A stretch of DNA of 64,000 bases. It comes from Macrostomum hystrix. Lineage: Eukaryota > Animalia > Platyhelminthes. The position numbers and the translations under genes were made by a program. The notes below the pieces were generated by a model. It did not search any database and had not been told where the DNA came from. It saw only the letters and a program-made list of their open reading frames with translations. Shown here in pieces: positions 44,901 to 58,000 of this stretch. Position 1 is the first letter of the stretch. Each line of letters starts with the position of its first letter. Where the stretch lies: assembly GCA_950097015.1 (NCBI GenBank), contig CATNEN010000025.1, forward strand, positions 1,364,001 to 1,428,000, written 5' to 3'.

Positions 44901-47464
44901 ATGAAGGACAAGCTGACAATCAAAGGAAGCAGAAGCTGACGCAAGAAATACCCGTGGCACCAACGACAGCAAGCACGAGACTTCGCGAATATCGACATTT
45001 TGTGCGCCTCGACAAGACGCCGCTGTTGAGTTTGGATTTTTTTCATTTTCCCTTGTTCAATCGTTCAATGTTTAGCGTTTCGTCCAAAGAAGGTCAGCGC
45101 CAGTTCGTGTACTCCCAATGGAAATCGGGCAAGCGAGGCAGTGAAATTGTAAGCCAGCTGACTGAAATCCACGGAGTGAGTGCCATCTCGCAGAGTGCTG
45201 TCTATCGCTGGCTTGAAGAGTTCAGTCATGGGCGAACAGACGTTGCCGATGACACAGCCAACCGTGGCCGTCCGATCTCTCCATCAACAAAGGCACTGAT
45301 TCAAAGGGTGAATGCAGATGCCATCAATGCGCTTCTCACGCGATGGACTAATTGCTGCGAGCTAAGGGGGGACTTCGTCGAAAAGTCGTCAGTCGACGGC
45401 GATGGCGATGCTGCGTGACTGATTCCGCTGGCCTTGACTTGGTGAAACTCTACCCCTTACCCCTTGCTCTAATTTTAGCCATAACTTTTTAGTGAATTGA
45501 CATTTTTACTTGATTAAAAAAGCGTTAGAACTGCTGAATTTTTATTTATCAGTGACGTGAGTTTCAATAAACAATGTTTCACCAGTTTGCCTGTGCATCG
45601 ATTTTCCCCGCTATTTCTGAGACACCATACGTACTAAAATATTCAACCAATCGGCATGAAAACCCAGAACACGGGCTCTATACGATGAAACAACTTCCAG
45701 AATCACAAAATTCTATCATGTAACCATGTCGACTATCACTTATTGACTATTTTGGTTTGGCTACATTCTTTATTTTTCATTTTGAGCCAAAATGGAATTG
45801 CCATTGCCACCCTTAACTACCCCAGCTGATGCTGGTACCCATTTAACAGCTGGGTAAACTGAAGCAATGCATAGTTAAGTGTCTTGCTAAAGGACACTCA
45901 AAGTGTTCCATTGAAAATGGGAATCGAACCCTCGACCTTTAAGTCTTGATAAGCGGTTAGTCTTTTGTGGAAGGCTACAGCTAAGGGACTTGATCTTGAT
46001 CTGCATAAGTTTCAACCGTTGCAGTTTCGCTCACTTGCTGTACAGCACAATGTCAGGTGTCCACAGAGCATCGGGTGGCAACAGCATGTGGTCAGCGCCT
46101 CCGTAGCTCGCTGGTTCCCATTCAAAGAAAGGATCTTTCCATTCCTGCACAATCCACATGTTCAGCTTGATGATCTGGTTCTTTTCGTCAACGTCCATAA
46201 TCTGGGTGAGGCTGACGTTCATGTACATCACGACGGGCTCCGAGCTGTTGACAACGGGCCTGGCGTAGCGATAGTCCGTGCGGGACAGATAAAAATCACT
46301 GTACAGGTGCGCCAGGCCGGGTGGAGCTGACTGAGTTACTGGGATCACAATTAGAGATTTGGAACCAGATTTGTTAGCAAAGATAAGATTTCATAGCCCA
46401 GACTTATTTGATACTGTAGCTTCGATAGCCCAGACTTATTTGATACTGTAGCTTCGATAGCCCAGACTTATTTGATACTGTAGCTTCGATAGCCCAGACT
46501 TATTTGATACTGTAGCTTCGATAGCCCAGACTTATTTGATACTGTAGCTTCGATAGCCCAGACTTATTTGATACTGTAGCTTCGATAGCCCAGACTTATT
46601 TGATACTGTAGCTTCGATAGCCCAGACTTATTTGATACTGTAGCTTCGATAGCCCAGACTTATTTGATACTGTAGCTTCGATAGCCCAGACTTATTTGAT
46701 ACTGTAGCTTCGATAGCCCAGACTTATTTGATACTGTAGCTTCGATAGCCTAGACTTATTTGATACGTTAGCTTCGATAGCCCAGACTGAGACAACCCGG
46801 CAAGATTCGTCAAGAATAAATCAACGAGGTAGTTAAGAAGCAGGTTAATAATAATAATTGCAGGAGGGCTGCGGGCAATGACACATAATTTGGTGACACT
46901 AGACCCGCAGCCAGCGAGGAGGCAATTCTGCCCATTTCGCTGACTCCTGAGCACATACGCACACAGATACTGTACCCAGGCATACGCTCACACAGGTGTG
47001 TACATCTGCCCTGACTTTCTCATCGTCAGGCAGTGTACACTCTCACTGTGCCTTTGAGGTTGGCCCTCAAGGGCGTAAATTGCACGACAAGCCCCCAAGC
47101 GCCCCAGTGGCTGCGCCCCAAATAAATGTGGCCTCGCCGCGGAATCGAACTTAGGGACCGTGGTGCGAGAGGCAAACGCGATAACCGCTCTGCCACCGAC
47201 CCCCTGCCACCGGCAGTTATTATTATTATACGAAGCAGGTTTGCCTCTCGCCGCGCCAATGTCCCTGAGCTCGATTCCGCAGCCACGGAGAGAAGGCTTG
47301 GGGCCTTGAGGGCCAATCTCCAAGGCACAGTGACAGTGAACAATGCCTGACGATGAGAAAGTCAGGGTTTTTTCAAACCAGTTGAGATTATTAATACAGA
47401 ATGGCTCACCCTGATGCAGCAGCAGGTAGCAGCAGGCTAGAACTGTGTATACGTAGCTCAGCAT
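41906..47464 (-). CDS. Nicotinic acetylcholine receptor alpha subunit (Cys-loop ligand-gated cation channel), 6 exons, 524 aa
   Basis: Exons 47464-47410, 46338-46035, 44791-44653, 44575-44325, 42815-42328, 42243-41906 (1575 nt, phases consistent). Signal peptide, WTPDIVLY, Cys-loop CDINVEFFPFDTQDC, loop B GTWTY, loop C FYACCPEPY, M2 EKITLSISILIALTVF, M4 WKYVALVLDRLFL. Confidence 0.95.
42880..44258. repeat. 25/26-bp minisatellite (TGTCTAACCTAACTGGTCAGGTTTA) in nAChR intron 4
   Basis: About 54 copies, directly visible. Confidence 0.97.
45068..45418 (+). mobile_element. Internally deleted mariner transposase ORF (N-terminal HTH fused in frame to the extreme C-terminus), antisense in nAChR intron 2
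   Basis: QRQFVYSQWKSGKRGSEIVSQLTEIHGVSAISQSAVYRWLEEFSHGRTDVADD...RGRP is a mariner HTH region; INALLTRWTNCCELRGDFVEK matches the mariner C-terminal motif (IxxLxxRWxxCxxxxGx[Y/F]VEK). No DD34D core. Confidence 0.85.
45810..45945 (-). mobile_element. SINE family 2, partial copy
   Basis: CCCAGCTGATGCTGGTACCCATTTAACAGCTGGGT...GTTAAGTGTCTTGCTAAA...GGGAATCGAACCC nearly identical to 22338-22447. Confidence 0.85.
46396..46792. repeat. 32-bp near-perfect minisatellite (AGCCCAGACTTATTTGATACTGTAGCTTCGAT) in nAChR intron 1
   Basis: About 12 copies, identical except near the right end. Confidence 0.97.
46845..47207 (-). mobile_element. tRNA-derived SINE, family 1 (full length)
   Basis: Minus strand: GGTGGCAGAGCGG (box A), GTTCGATTCC (box B), shared body and (ATT)n tail. 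Confidence 0.9.
47232..47367 (+). mobile_element. SINE family 1, truncated copy in inverted orientation
   Basis: GTCCCTGAGCTCGATTCCGC...CCTTGAGGGCCAATCTCCAAGGCACAGTG...TGCCTGACGATGAGAAAGTCAGGG. Confidence 0.85.
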
Positions 47465-48139
47465 CTCACACCAGCTTCCTTTCAGAGCTTCATCTGCAGA
47501 CACTAATGGCAAACAGGCTTGAGGTAAATTTTATCCCCGGGGGGAAATTAGCCCGTCCAATATTCAGAGGCCTCTAAAATTGCAACTGAATTTGTTCGGA
47601 CTCACCAGCTGAGCACACGCCTTGGGGTGTTTAGTTGCCTCTATTGCATTCCTTCCACACGGGGTACAGACCTGTTCTATGCCTGTCAGTCAATTGGGCC
47701 TGATGTTAGCTTGGATGGCTGCTTTGAGGAATCGGTATGGGGCTGGCAACAACTGCTTGGCACCGCCCTGTCGGAAGTTGGCAGTGGGGTAGGGGGAGGG
47801 GTAGACGGGGGAGAAAAACACGGGGTTTAGAGAGTTCTACTGTTGCTGCCGTATAGAGCCTCAGGTAGCTAAAAAGCAAGAAGTTGACTGTGCAAAAATA
47901 TTGCTAGTTAGCTCACAAAAAAACTTGGCGCTCCTCTCACAGCAATAATTTTAGGCACGGGAATGCTGAGAGAACAAGGCCGCCCGCTTTGGTGGCGGCG
48001 AAATCCTCTTGACAGCTTCGCAGTAAGCTGTGGCGCTGTTGGCTGCACTTCTTTGAACGGCTGTTGCCAATCCTAAAATCTCTTGACTACCTTGCTCACT
48101 CTCAGAGCCCTGCTTTTACTGCTTTAACTTATTTCTTAA

Positions 48140-48546
48140 AGGAAGGAAAGAAGGAAGGAAGGAAGGAAGGAAGGAAGGAAGGAAGGAAGGAAGGAAGGAA
48201 GGAAGGAAGGAAGGAAGGAAGGAAAGAAGGAAGGAAGGAAGGAAGGAAGGAAGGAAGGAAGGAAGGAAGGAAGGAAGGAAGGAAGGAAGGAAGGAAGGAA
48301 GGAAGGAAGGAAGGAAGGAAGGAAGGAAGGAAGGAAGGAAGGAAGGAAGGAAGGAAGGAAGGAAGGAAGGAAGGAAGGAAGGAAGGAAGGAAGGAAGGAA
48401 GGAAGGAAGGAAGGAAGGAAGGAAGGAAGGAAAGAAGGAAGGAAGGAAGGAAGGAAGGAAAGAAGGAAGGAAGGAAGGAAAGAAGGAAGGAAGGAAGGAA
48501 GGAAGGAAGGAAGGAAGGAAGGAAGGAAGGAAGGAAGGAAGGAAGG
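48140..48546. repeat. (GGAA)n microsatellite
   Basis: Directly visible; ORF 48064..48588 is an artefact. Confidence 0.98.
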
Positions 48547-48769
48547 GAAAAATGGATTACGATCGCATTTACATTTGTGTTTATTTAGCGCTCAGAAAAG
48601 AAACGATATTGTGTTCATAAAAATTGTGAGACAATCGAATTCAAACCGCATGCTCGAAAAGTCAAAAAGTCAAAAGACGAAATCTCGGTGCTTTCAATCC
48701 ATGCTGGCACCAATTCCGTGCATGTAAATTTCAATCGAGTAACTGTACATTTTTACAGCGAAGCCGGGT

Positions 48770-51741
48770 TCACAGCTCTGTGGTGCTGGTGTCGGTCGTT
48801 GTCACTCGCTTTCTTTGCTTCTTCTCGTTTGGCTCCTTTGTCGCCGAGGTGTCGCCTTTATTACCGCCGACATCGTCTGGGTTGTTTGCGCCTCCCGCGG
48901 CTGCTTCTCGACGACAAACATCGCAGGCGTCGCTGCCGCTGCCGTCGTTATCGTCGTCTGGCAGCATGAAGCGGCCCTTGAATAGCAGAACGTAGGTCAG
49001 GCCGCTCAAACAGCCGCCGCATGTCGGGCCAGTGATGTACACCTTGGCAGACACGGTTGCAAGTTTTAGCACGCTGTACGAGAAAGCTACTGTAAGTAGC
49101 CTAGTTTAGCTATTTGGCAACTTACCCACAGCTGGTCGTAGCGACCGCTAGCAACAGCCGGGCCCAGAGTTCTGATGGGATTCATGCTGGACCCCGACAA
49201 CACACCCTGCAAGAAAAGTTGTTAGGAGAAGATTGTAAGGGAAAATTACACATGAACTGCCAATGCAGGTGCGGGTTACTTCACTCTGTACCCGACTCCA
49301 GTCCCAATCAGGCACAGAGTCATAGAACAGAGAGCACTTCGCCTAAACTAATTCACTACTTCAAGAGCTACTCCACCCCACCCAAAAAACCACTCTACCC
49401 CATCCCAAACCACTCTACCCCACCAAAAACCACTTCCCCAACTAAAGCCAGTCTACCCCACCCTAAACCACTCTACCCAACCCAAAAACTGCACTCAACC
49501 CCACCCCCAAACCACTCACCTTACCAAAAACCAATCTAATTGACCCCAAAATCTACCACCCTACCACAAAGACTCTTTACAACTCTAACCCACCCAAAAA
49601 CGGTCTGCCCATCCCTGAGGCCGCCCCCCGGCTCACCCCGGCGAAGATGCAGCAGGAGACCTGTAGGCCGGCCACCAATGAGATGGAGCCGGTCTGGTCG
49701 AAGCGCAGACGGTCAGTGCAGGCGAACACGGGCAGTAGCATGGCGAAGCTCAGTACCAGCTCCATGCCGAAGGCCTGTGCCGGATGCGTCAAGGTCGGAT
49801 TGTACGAATTGATGCCGAACGATGTGGCATTGTGCAACTGGAAGGGTGTCAGCAGCTTGAGCAGCATAGTACCGGCCACGCCGCCGGTGCACTGCATGGG
49901 TATGTAGAGCAGGGCGCGCAGCAGAGAGATTTTGCCTGCCAAATCATTTTGAGGCTCATTAGGAGACTCTGAGAAAATTCCACGTAAACTGGTGTGATAT
50001 GAGTCTTTTAACAGAATACCACGCTAGTTTTCCTCCTGGAGGAAATACCTCGGGGTAGTTCAAGTACCCACTGCCAACTTCACGATGGCTCACAAACAGA
50101 ATGACCAACTTTCGTGAAAGTCCACCAAATGGATCGAAATTTTCCGCCATTTACGATGAATCAACTTTCAACGCCGTCCGACGTCAGCATCGTCGAGATA
50201 TTCAGCGATTCTCGTCGAAGACCCTGGTGAATATGACAGCTAGCATTGCTCTGTATGAACCTCAATGGCGAATTAAAAAATACATAAGTTAACAATGTAT
50301 GTATCGACCAACACAATATAATCGACAATAATACCTTGTGATTCTGGAAGTTGATTCATCGGATAGAGCGGAATATTTTAGCCTGCGTTGTGGACTTTCA
50401 TGGCGATTGGTTGAATATTTAGGAAGATACAGAAAAATGAAAAATATGGGTATTTGGAATAACCCGCGGCACTTTTAAGTGCAAGTCGCTGACCAATCAC
50501 AGCTCAGTGAGTTGGACCAGTGGGTTTAGATTGGCTCTACAGAAGACACAAAGAGACTGGCCCAAGTAGCGCCAATTGCTATCTTCTTTAATCTTCTTTT
50601 GTGTTCTGGCTACAAAATAATTTAATTAGAACTCGGTCATAACCCACAATTCTGAAGAAAGAAAGCGTGAAAAAATATATAAGTTTTTTCAGCCTCTGAA
50701 ATACGCTCATAATGACGACAGCTATTTAGAAGATTAAAAGATTAAAATAAAGATTTAAAAGAAACAACAAAGTTGTTTATTGCCCTGCAACAATAAGAAG
50801 CCACATCCGAAGAGTCAAGTATACTCACAGCTAAGCCTAGGCTAATGTGCGGCTAATTCTCTCTGATCTGCCCCACCGCCCTGGAGTTCAGCTGAGAAAT
50901 TTCACTTCTATTGAACAATGGCGAGCTCTTAGAGTTTAGACTACTAACTAAGAGACTCATTGGCAACACTTTAAGAGAGGCCGAGCATTGTGAATAGATC
51001 GCACTCCCACCGCAGTAAACGAATTAGCAAGAACAATTAGAACCAGAGGCTTATTGAAATAAACGTAACTTATCTCACTTGCAGTCACAAGTGCAATGAA
51101 GTTATTGATGAAATAGCTATGTATGAGTTATCTGAAGGGCCTTTGGTACTTTTAGAGTATAAAAGTCGCTCATACACATGACTGCTAAAATGGTAACTTA
51201 TAATCATCTCCTAAATGATCTCCGCATTGAATGACAAGCTATTGTATATGAGCGTAGTGCATTTAAAAGCTGTGTACAGCTGTTCAGTCCATGGACTGGG
51301 TAGCCGCTAAACTCATGCGAAGATGTGAACTGAAGCACAAGGGAATTAATTAAACTGTGTCTTGTTCAAGGAACCGCTGAGCTTCGAACTACACACCTCA
51401 CGAATCAGTGTCCAGATGCACGAATCTTTCTCACCCGTGACCAAGAAGGCCATCGTCAGCGCCGGATTGATGTGCGCCCCGCTGATGTGGCCGATGCTCC
51501 AGACGATGCAGGCCACGCTGAGGCCGGAGGTGAAGCCGGCGCGCAGCACCTTGGCGTCGACGGAGAAGCAGACACCGCTGCCTGGCGCGGTCGGGAAGTC
51601 GATGTTCGGAGCGCAGCAGAAGAACAGCAGCAGCAGTGAGCCGATGCACTCAGCCAGGCAGGCGCGCCACAAGCCGCGCGACCGCAGATCTCGGGCCGAG
51701 CTGCTCACTATGCGACGCAAGAGACGACCGCCCGCCGTCAT
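48770..51741 (-). CDS. Aquaporin (MIP family), 4 exons, 319 aa
   Basis: Exons 51741-51435, 49935-49637, 49206-49126, 49042-48770 (960 nt, phases consistent). AEC in TM1, GHISGAHINPALT, GMELVLSF, SMNPIRTLGPAV, W|VYITGP. Confidence 0.93.
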
Positions 51742-54700
51742 GCGGGCCGCAAACTGTCGCCGCTGTCGCTGATTCGATAGGAGGAGAGACGCCGCCTTGC
51801 TGGTCCCTCCTTCGGGTAGAAGGGGATTAATAATGACGTTCTGCTCAATCGGATGCTAACGCCCTGAATCGCGATGCAGGCAGTGGCTTGGCATGCAGAG
51901 TCACGCACTATTGCTGCCGGTAATACTGAGAGAGACTCAAAAAAGACTCACCAATTCTGGCTTGCTTTAATTTTTCGTCTATTTTGAAATTGGATTGTAA
52001 AATTGTTTTCTATTAGCAGTAATTTATAGCCCTAATAAGAGCTGGAGCTAGTGTTCATGCAAGCACAGCCGCACTGGACTCCTTAGTGTTGAGCGAATCA
52101 ACTGTGCAATTGCCTGCACACTTTGATATCATTTATCAAAGCCATTCTCACACTGCATGGCTATTAAACAGAATTAAACTTTAAGCCACAATTTGTACGT
52201 TAAAGAGTCTTTGGCCACTCTAGTAAAAGGCAAAACAATGTCCAACAGTTTAATTTATAAGCAAGTCAAAAGTCTTTAGTTCTAAAGTCTCACCCAGTTT
52301 CTCGTTTGTCTCCTAGTGAAATTTTCTTAATTAGAAACTATAGCTAATTATAGCATTAGCACAGCCTATAGCGGGGAGAAGCATTTGCGACAGTGATCCT
52401 AAGGATGAGTCTAGCTTAACTTAGGATTGATGTATTAAATGAGCTGAAATATCGAGTGGGTTCTTGGTGTGAGATTTAATTTATAAAACACCGTTGGCTT
52501 CTAACTGAGCTAAACTGAATAGCGTTGACATTTTAGTTCTTACTGGCGAGCACTTCTCAAGAACAGCAGAGCCAGAGAGCCTGAAGTTTCGCACCTACAG
52601 GAGCGATGGTAATTAGAAAGCTATACTATGCCTGCACCCTATGCTCTTTTCTTCTTGATATCGTTCTCTTCGCATGCAGATAGTAATATTTAGCAGTTTT
52701 TTCCCCTGCTGGATCTCAGTTAAGGTGCAAATTACTTAACTCCCCTTTATGACTCGCATACTTTCTTGCAGTGTTTCATGGTCTGTGAGTCCATGCATTT
52801 AATTACACTAAGTATTCATTGGCCCTGTCAATCATCATCCAAAACTTGTGAGACTGCTCACAAGTGGACTCACACAGAGTCGCAGTCACAGGAAATACCA
52901 GATTTCAATACAACTGTTTTGGCCCTGTTTGCAGTTAAACAAACAGATCATAGCAAAATTATTACAATAATATTGTTCCAGACCTCTAAATCCAACGTCT
53001 TGGCCCAATAGATATAGAGCTAAAAAGCTACAGACGAGCGGAAAAATCGCTCAGTACACAGTGGAGTAACGGGATTAACCGGATGCGATATCTTTAAACA
53101 GCCAAGACCATGCAAACATGCCGCCTTGATCGTCGCTAGGACTTGGCTCGGCGACGACTCTCTCGACGCAGCTAGCTCAGAACATCTTGGTTGCCGCATG
53201 CATTGTCTATCTCTGCATACATACGGTGGATCTTGACGAGAGAACTATTTTTCGCGTAACAAAAAGTACAATTTATTTTTCTAACAAAAACATGTTTGTC
53301 ACTCATATTGTTTATTTCCAATTCTAATGAAATGCATGAGAATAAGCTGGAATCAAGTTATGCTTCCATGTTTTTGCGGGCCCCATATACGAATAGAAGT
53401 TAGGATACAGTTGGACGAAAAATCCAAGCTATAGTCACGGACTCATTACTCTCTAGCTGCATTAAATATTTAGCGCTAAATTTAGTCACAAGGGTAAGCT
53501 AGCGCAATTTCGGTTCCGACGTTCTAGCTAAATGTAGCGATTAGTACATTGCTACTTTAGCCACATATAGCTACAGTAATAATTGACCATTTAAGGCAAA
53601 TTAATATCTCTTCGGAATTTTGTCGTACACACATATACTGTAGATCTAACACGTGTACTTGTGTACCAACGCATGGAAAAACATTTTGATACACGCGAAG
53701 ATGTAAGTTAAATGTGTGATATTTACATCGAAAAATACATTTATATAGTGTGCTTTACGAGTTGAATATCGAATCCATAACGTTGATGTGCATGTACGTT
53801 ATATCGGTTGTAAAAAGTGCTAAGATTGGCTGACATCCAAATATATGTTCAATAAAAATACACAGCTCTACACAGCCTTCCCCAAAGCTTGCCTTAAAAT
53901 GTGTATTTAAAGTTCTAATTTTAGTAGTAGTGCTTCATTGTTTTTTTATATTAGACCTACTATCTACTTACATTTTTACTTTACGTAAAGTATACGTAGA
54001 GTATACTCCCGGGCAGCATTTATACGTATCGTTACGTCCTGGATACGTATCCAGGAGAGAAAATATTACGTCCCATGGTCATTTTTTTCGTCTCCCTAAC
54101 GTCCTCAATACGTAATTCTGATACGTAATTTTAACGTCTTTGTATGGCGTACAGATAACCAGTTGCATTATCTGTTTTCCTCTTTCTTCTGGCTTCAGGC
54201 GTCTATAAGTCAATGTGTCCACGTACTAAGAGCATGTTATGTTATGTTATGTTATGATTGTTATGTCTAATGTACAAATAACATAAACAGTGTACATTAT
54301 CAACGCATCCGAAATATCGCACAATTGTTTCAAAGTTAATTACTGAAAGTAGTCCCGTTAGTTATTATTGTGGTGGACAAGAAACAGCAAAATTTACGAA
54401 GTCCCTTCCTTTATCAGTCATAAAGCAGCTAGCTATTCCTGTAAGAGCTCCAACCTATTTTTTTGCCGATTTCAATTGTTACAAGTCAAAACCTCGAGCC
54501 ATAATGGTTTTTTACATAGACGGAGACGGAGTGTTTTAAGTTTCTTAGAAATAAATTATTTGAAAAATCGTAAACGTCCTCGACCGGAATCCAAAATATC
54601 CTAACAATGCTTGCCAAAGAAAACACCATTAGTAAGCGAGATTTATTCGGTTTATAAGTATCTAGGGGTTTGATACTTTTATTAAATATTCTTACATACT

Positions 54701-55034
54701 TATGCAAATCTTCTTCCAGTCGGACAAACTAAAATCAATCATTTGACTCGTCAGCATTCAAATTATTAAAAATAATTGCTTTAAATTTACATGTGAGACT
54801 TGCACTTGTGAAAATTTTTGAATATTTAGCTTCTTAATCTTTCAACTGCCACATATTGATAAAGAGTTCTAAAAATAAAAACAATTTATTCCCGATCGGT
54901 CCAAAGTCTAGCGACATTTATTTAGTGTTGTTTATTATCAAGGGCAATTATTATATGAAAGCTGATTCCCTACACTGACTTAGGTCTTAAGTAAGACTTT
55001 CATTAGTAATTTTTAGTTATATTTTACTGCTGAA

Positions 55035-58000
55035 ATGGGTCTCTGTAAATGCCCAAAGAAAAAGGTCACAAATCTTTTCTGTTTTGAGCATCGGGTCAAT
55101 GTTTGTGAAAACTGCCTTGTAGAAGGACATGGAAAGGTAATAAATTGTCATGTGTACAAATTGTTTTGCTTGTAATGTTATAAATTATGAGCTATTGTCA
55201 ACTCAATTCACTAGCTAGGCTTTACTTACGATGGTCCAGTACTTATCAATGTCATCACTTATAATTAAATATTTAGTTTACATAATAATTCGGAAGATTC
55301 TGGGTAGGCCTAGCTATTATTACCTGTTTAAAAACTTTTTCCAAAAATAACAAGCTTACACAGCAGTTACAGTTATGTATTACAGTTGACTTAACATTAT
55401 ATTTTATTTAGCTGTTTTGTTTATAATGCCATGATAGACAAAAATGAAAATTTCAGGCTTACAACTATGCTCTATTTACATTTATTGGGCTACCCTGCAG
55501 CCAGAGTGCAAAAGGATGGGTAGGCCCCTATAGGCCCTACTCTGGAAGTTTCCGTTGTACATGAAGATTGCCTGTAGTACGTTGTATGTAGATTGCACAT
55601 TGTACACAAAGAAAAAAGTTTGGTGTGCTTGTCGTACACTGTCGTACATTAATCTATGTCCAAAGTTATGTTGAACATATGTGAGTTGAGTTGTCATTGT
55701 TGTACACAAAGTAAATTGTGATTGTTAGTTGTTAGAATTTATCAGGAAGAACAATAGAACAATTGTTCTATTTAATAAAGAAAAAATAGGTTTAAAAGAA
55801 ATCTTGCTTTAAAAAGAAATTTTCTTTTTTTGCATAGTAGGGCTTTCTGCAAGTTTTGTTTCACTGCACATCTTTCGAAGAGTTTCAAATTGGATTAGAT
55901 TTTCTATTTTTATATAATTATTTAACTTTCTTTCTTTTTTAGACTGCTCTTTATACTTATGCTTATTATGCTCTTTAAGTGCCAGTTAAAATGATTTTGT
56001 CATACAACAATACTATAATTATTTGATCCCTGTTGTACCATCATACAACAGAACAAAAAAGAAAATTACCTTCCATCGTACACAAAAATCCTTTTGCACT
56101 ATGGCCCTGCAGAATCATTCCTTAAAATATTTAATCAATTGGAATAACCTGCATCTTAACTCTGGAGTTTAGAATAATGACAATGTTAGACAGTAGCATT
56201 GAAATGACAGAAAGTAAACTTAATACTGAGTTAGTTTTATATAATATAGTCATGTACTAACATACTTCACACATTTAGAGTAGGTAATACTAATAGTAGA
56301 CAACCCAGTACAGAAATTTGCCAAATATGTTCTGTTGGAAATGTTGCCACATAGTGACTTTGGCTAGACACATTTTCTTAAACCACAGTTCATGCCACAC
56401 CATGTCACTTTATTATTAGTGGCATGCCTATAGGGCCTAGACATCACTTTTGGAATTATGGACAAATCACCAATAGAATTCAAAGGAGAAATTAATTTAG
56501 CAAAAAAATTGTAGGATAGTCATTTATTATTATATTTAATAATGTAAGGAATAATTATAATGTTTAATAAACTTGAATAGGCCTTATTAAGAGTTTTATA
56601 ACATTTCCATGCAGGTACAATTAGGCCTATTTGCAAAATAATTACAATTGCAAAATAGTTTTCAAATATCACAATCACCTTTAAAAGTTTACAAACTTTA
56701 GTTTTTTGTCACTTTAGCCTGTTTTCAGAAACCAACACTCACAAAGTTGGATTTAGATTTGGAAAAAAAGTATTTTCATTAAATATTCAGTGTGCAACTT
56801 CTTAAAATTCAAGTGCTTTTATCTGCTAGAACTAGTAAATTATGTATACTTATTTTGCTAGTTAGGCCTATATGACAATTTTGAATCAATTGCCTAAGTT
56901 TATGTAGTTGTTTGCTTTTTTAATTATATATGTTTATTAATATCCACTAATTATCACTTAGCAATTGATCAAAAAATTCATTTTCTCAATTTAGTGCATT
57001 GTACAGTCTTATCTACAGTGGCTACAGGACAGTGACTACAATCCTAACTGCTCATTATGCAATCACAGCCTACAGGATGAAGACTGCATTAGACTGACCT
57101 GTTATGGTGAGTTGCATCATTATTATCACAAAGCATAAAATAAATTAGATATTTCATAGTTCAAGTAGCTAATTGGTAAATTAATATATTGGGCTTTATT
57201 AATTATATTGTGTTGTCCTTAAAAATATTATATTTTTAATTCTTAAAAAGATGATTTTAGCAAAGTATTAATATAGGGGCTGAGCAGCAGAGTGGTTTAA
57301 CATGTTTGCCTCGTGCACTAAGGTTTCTGAGCTCCATTTCGTGCCAAGGGTTAGGGTAGCAGTGTGTACTTTCACAAACAAAACTTCATAAAGCCGAAAT
57401 TTCGTGTAGAATCTCCATATCGCCCAAATTTCACAGTGTCGAAAATCGAAATGCTTTGCAAGCTATTTCACAACGCAAAAATTTCACATTATAGAAAATA
57501 CTGAGTATCAGCTTATTTTACAAGTATGCTGATATTTACAAATTTCACAAACCCTAAATTTCATATTGCATAACGTCGAATTATACTACAACAATAGGAG
57601 TCTTCGCGAACCGATTTTTTTTTCAGAATAATTAGGGACACTACAATTATTTCAAACTACAAAAGCATATTTAAAATCAAGAAAATGGAAATAAACTACT
57701 TGCTGAGTCGCTGTGCCCAGCTTAGGTGGGTTCCACAACGCCTAAAAGTCACATCGCTGAAAGGCATTTTAGTTCGAAATTTAGTTCATAATGCCGAAAT
57801 CCCACAAGGCCGAAAACTGCTTTAGCAGTCCCTACACAACGCCGAAATGTCACATTGTCACATTCTTAGAGAAATGGAAATGTTGGTAGAATCCAACCAA
57901 AACTATACCGAATGTAGCTCGCACATTTAGTACGTTTTAGATAAATGCAAATTTACATACAAAAAAATTACTGATAAACTGAACGCGTAGTTAAAGAAAA

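Noticed and set aside
50101-50292. 63-aa ORF in aquaporin intron 1
   Set aside because: No recognisable homology, terminal repeats or splice sites.
53432-54228. Possible TIR pair (TAGTCACGGAC / GTCCACGTACTA), with a similar motif at 5986
   Set aside because: Imperfect match and no target-site duplication.
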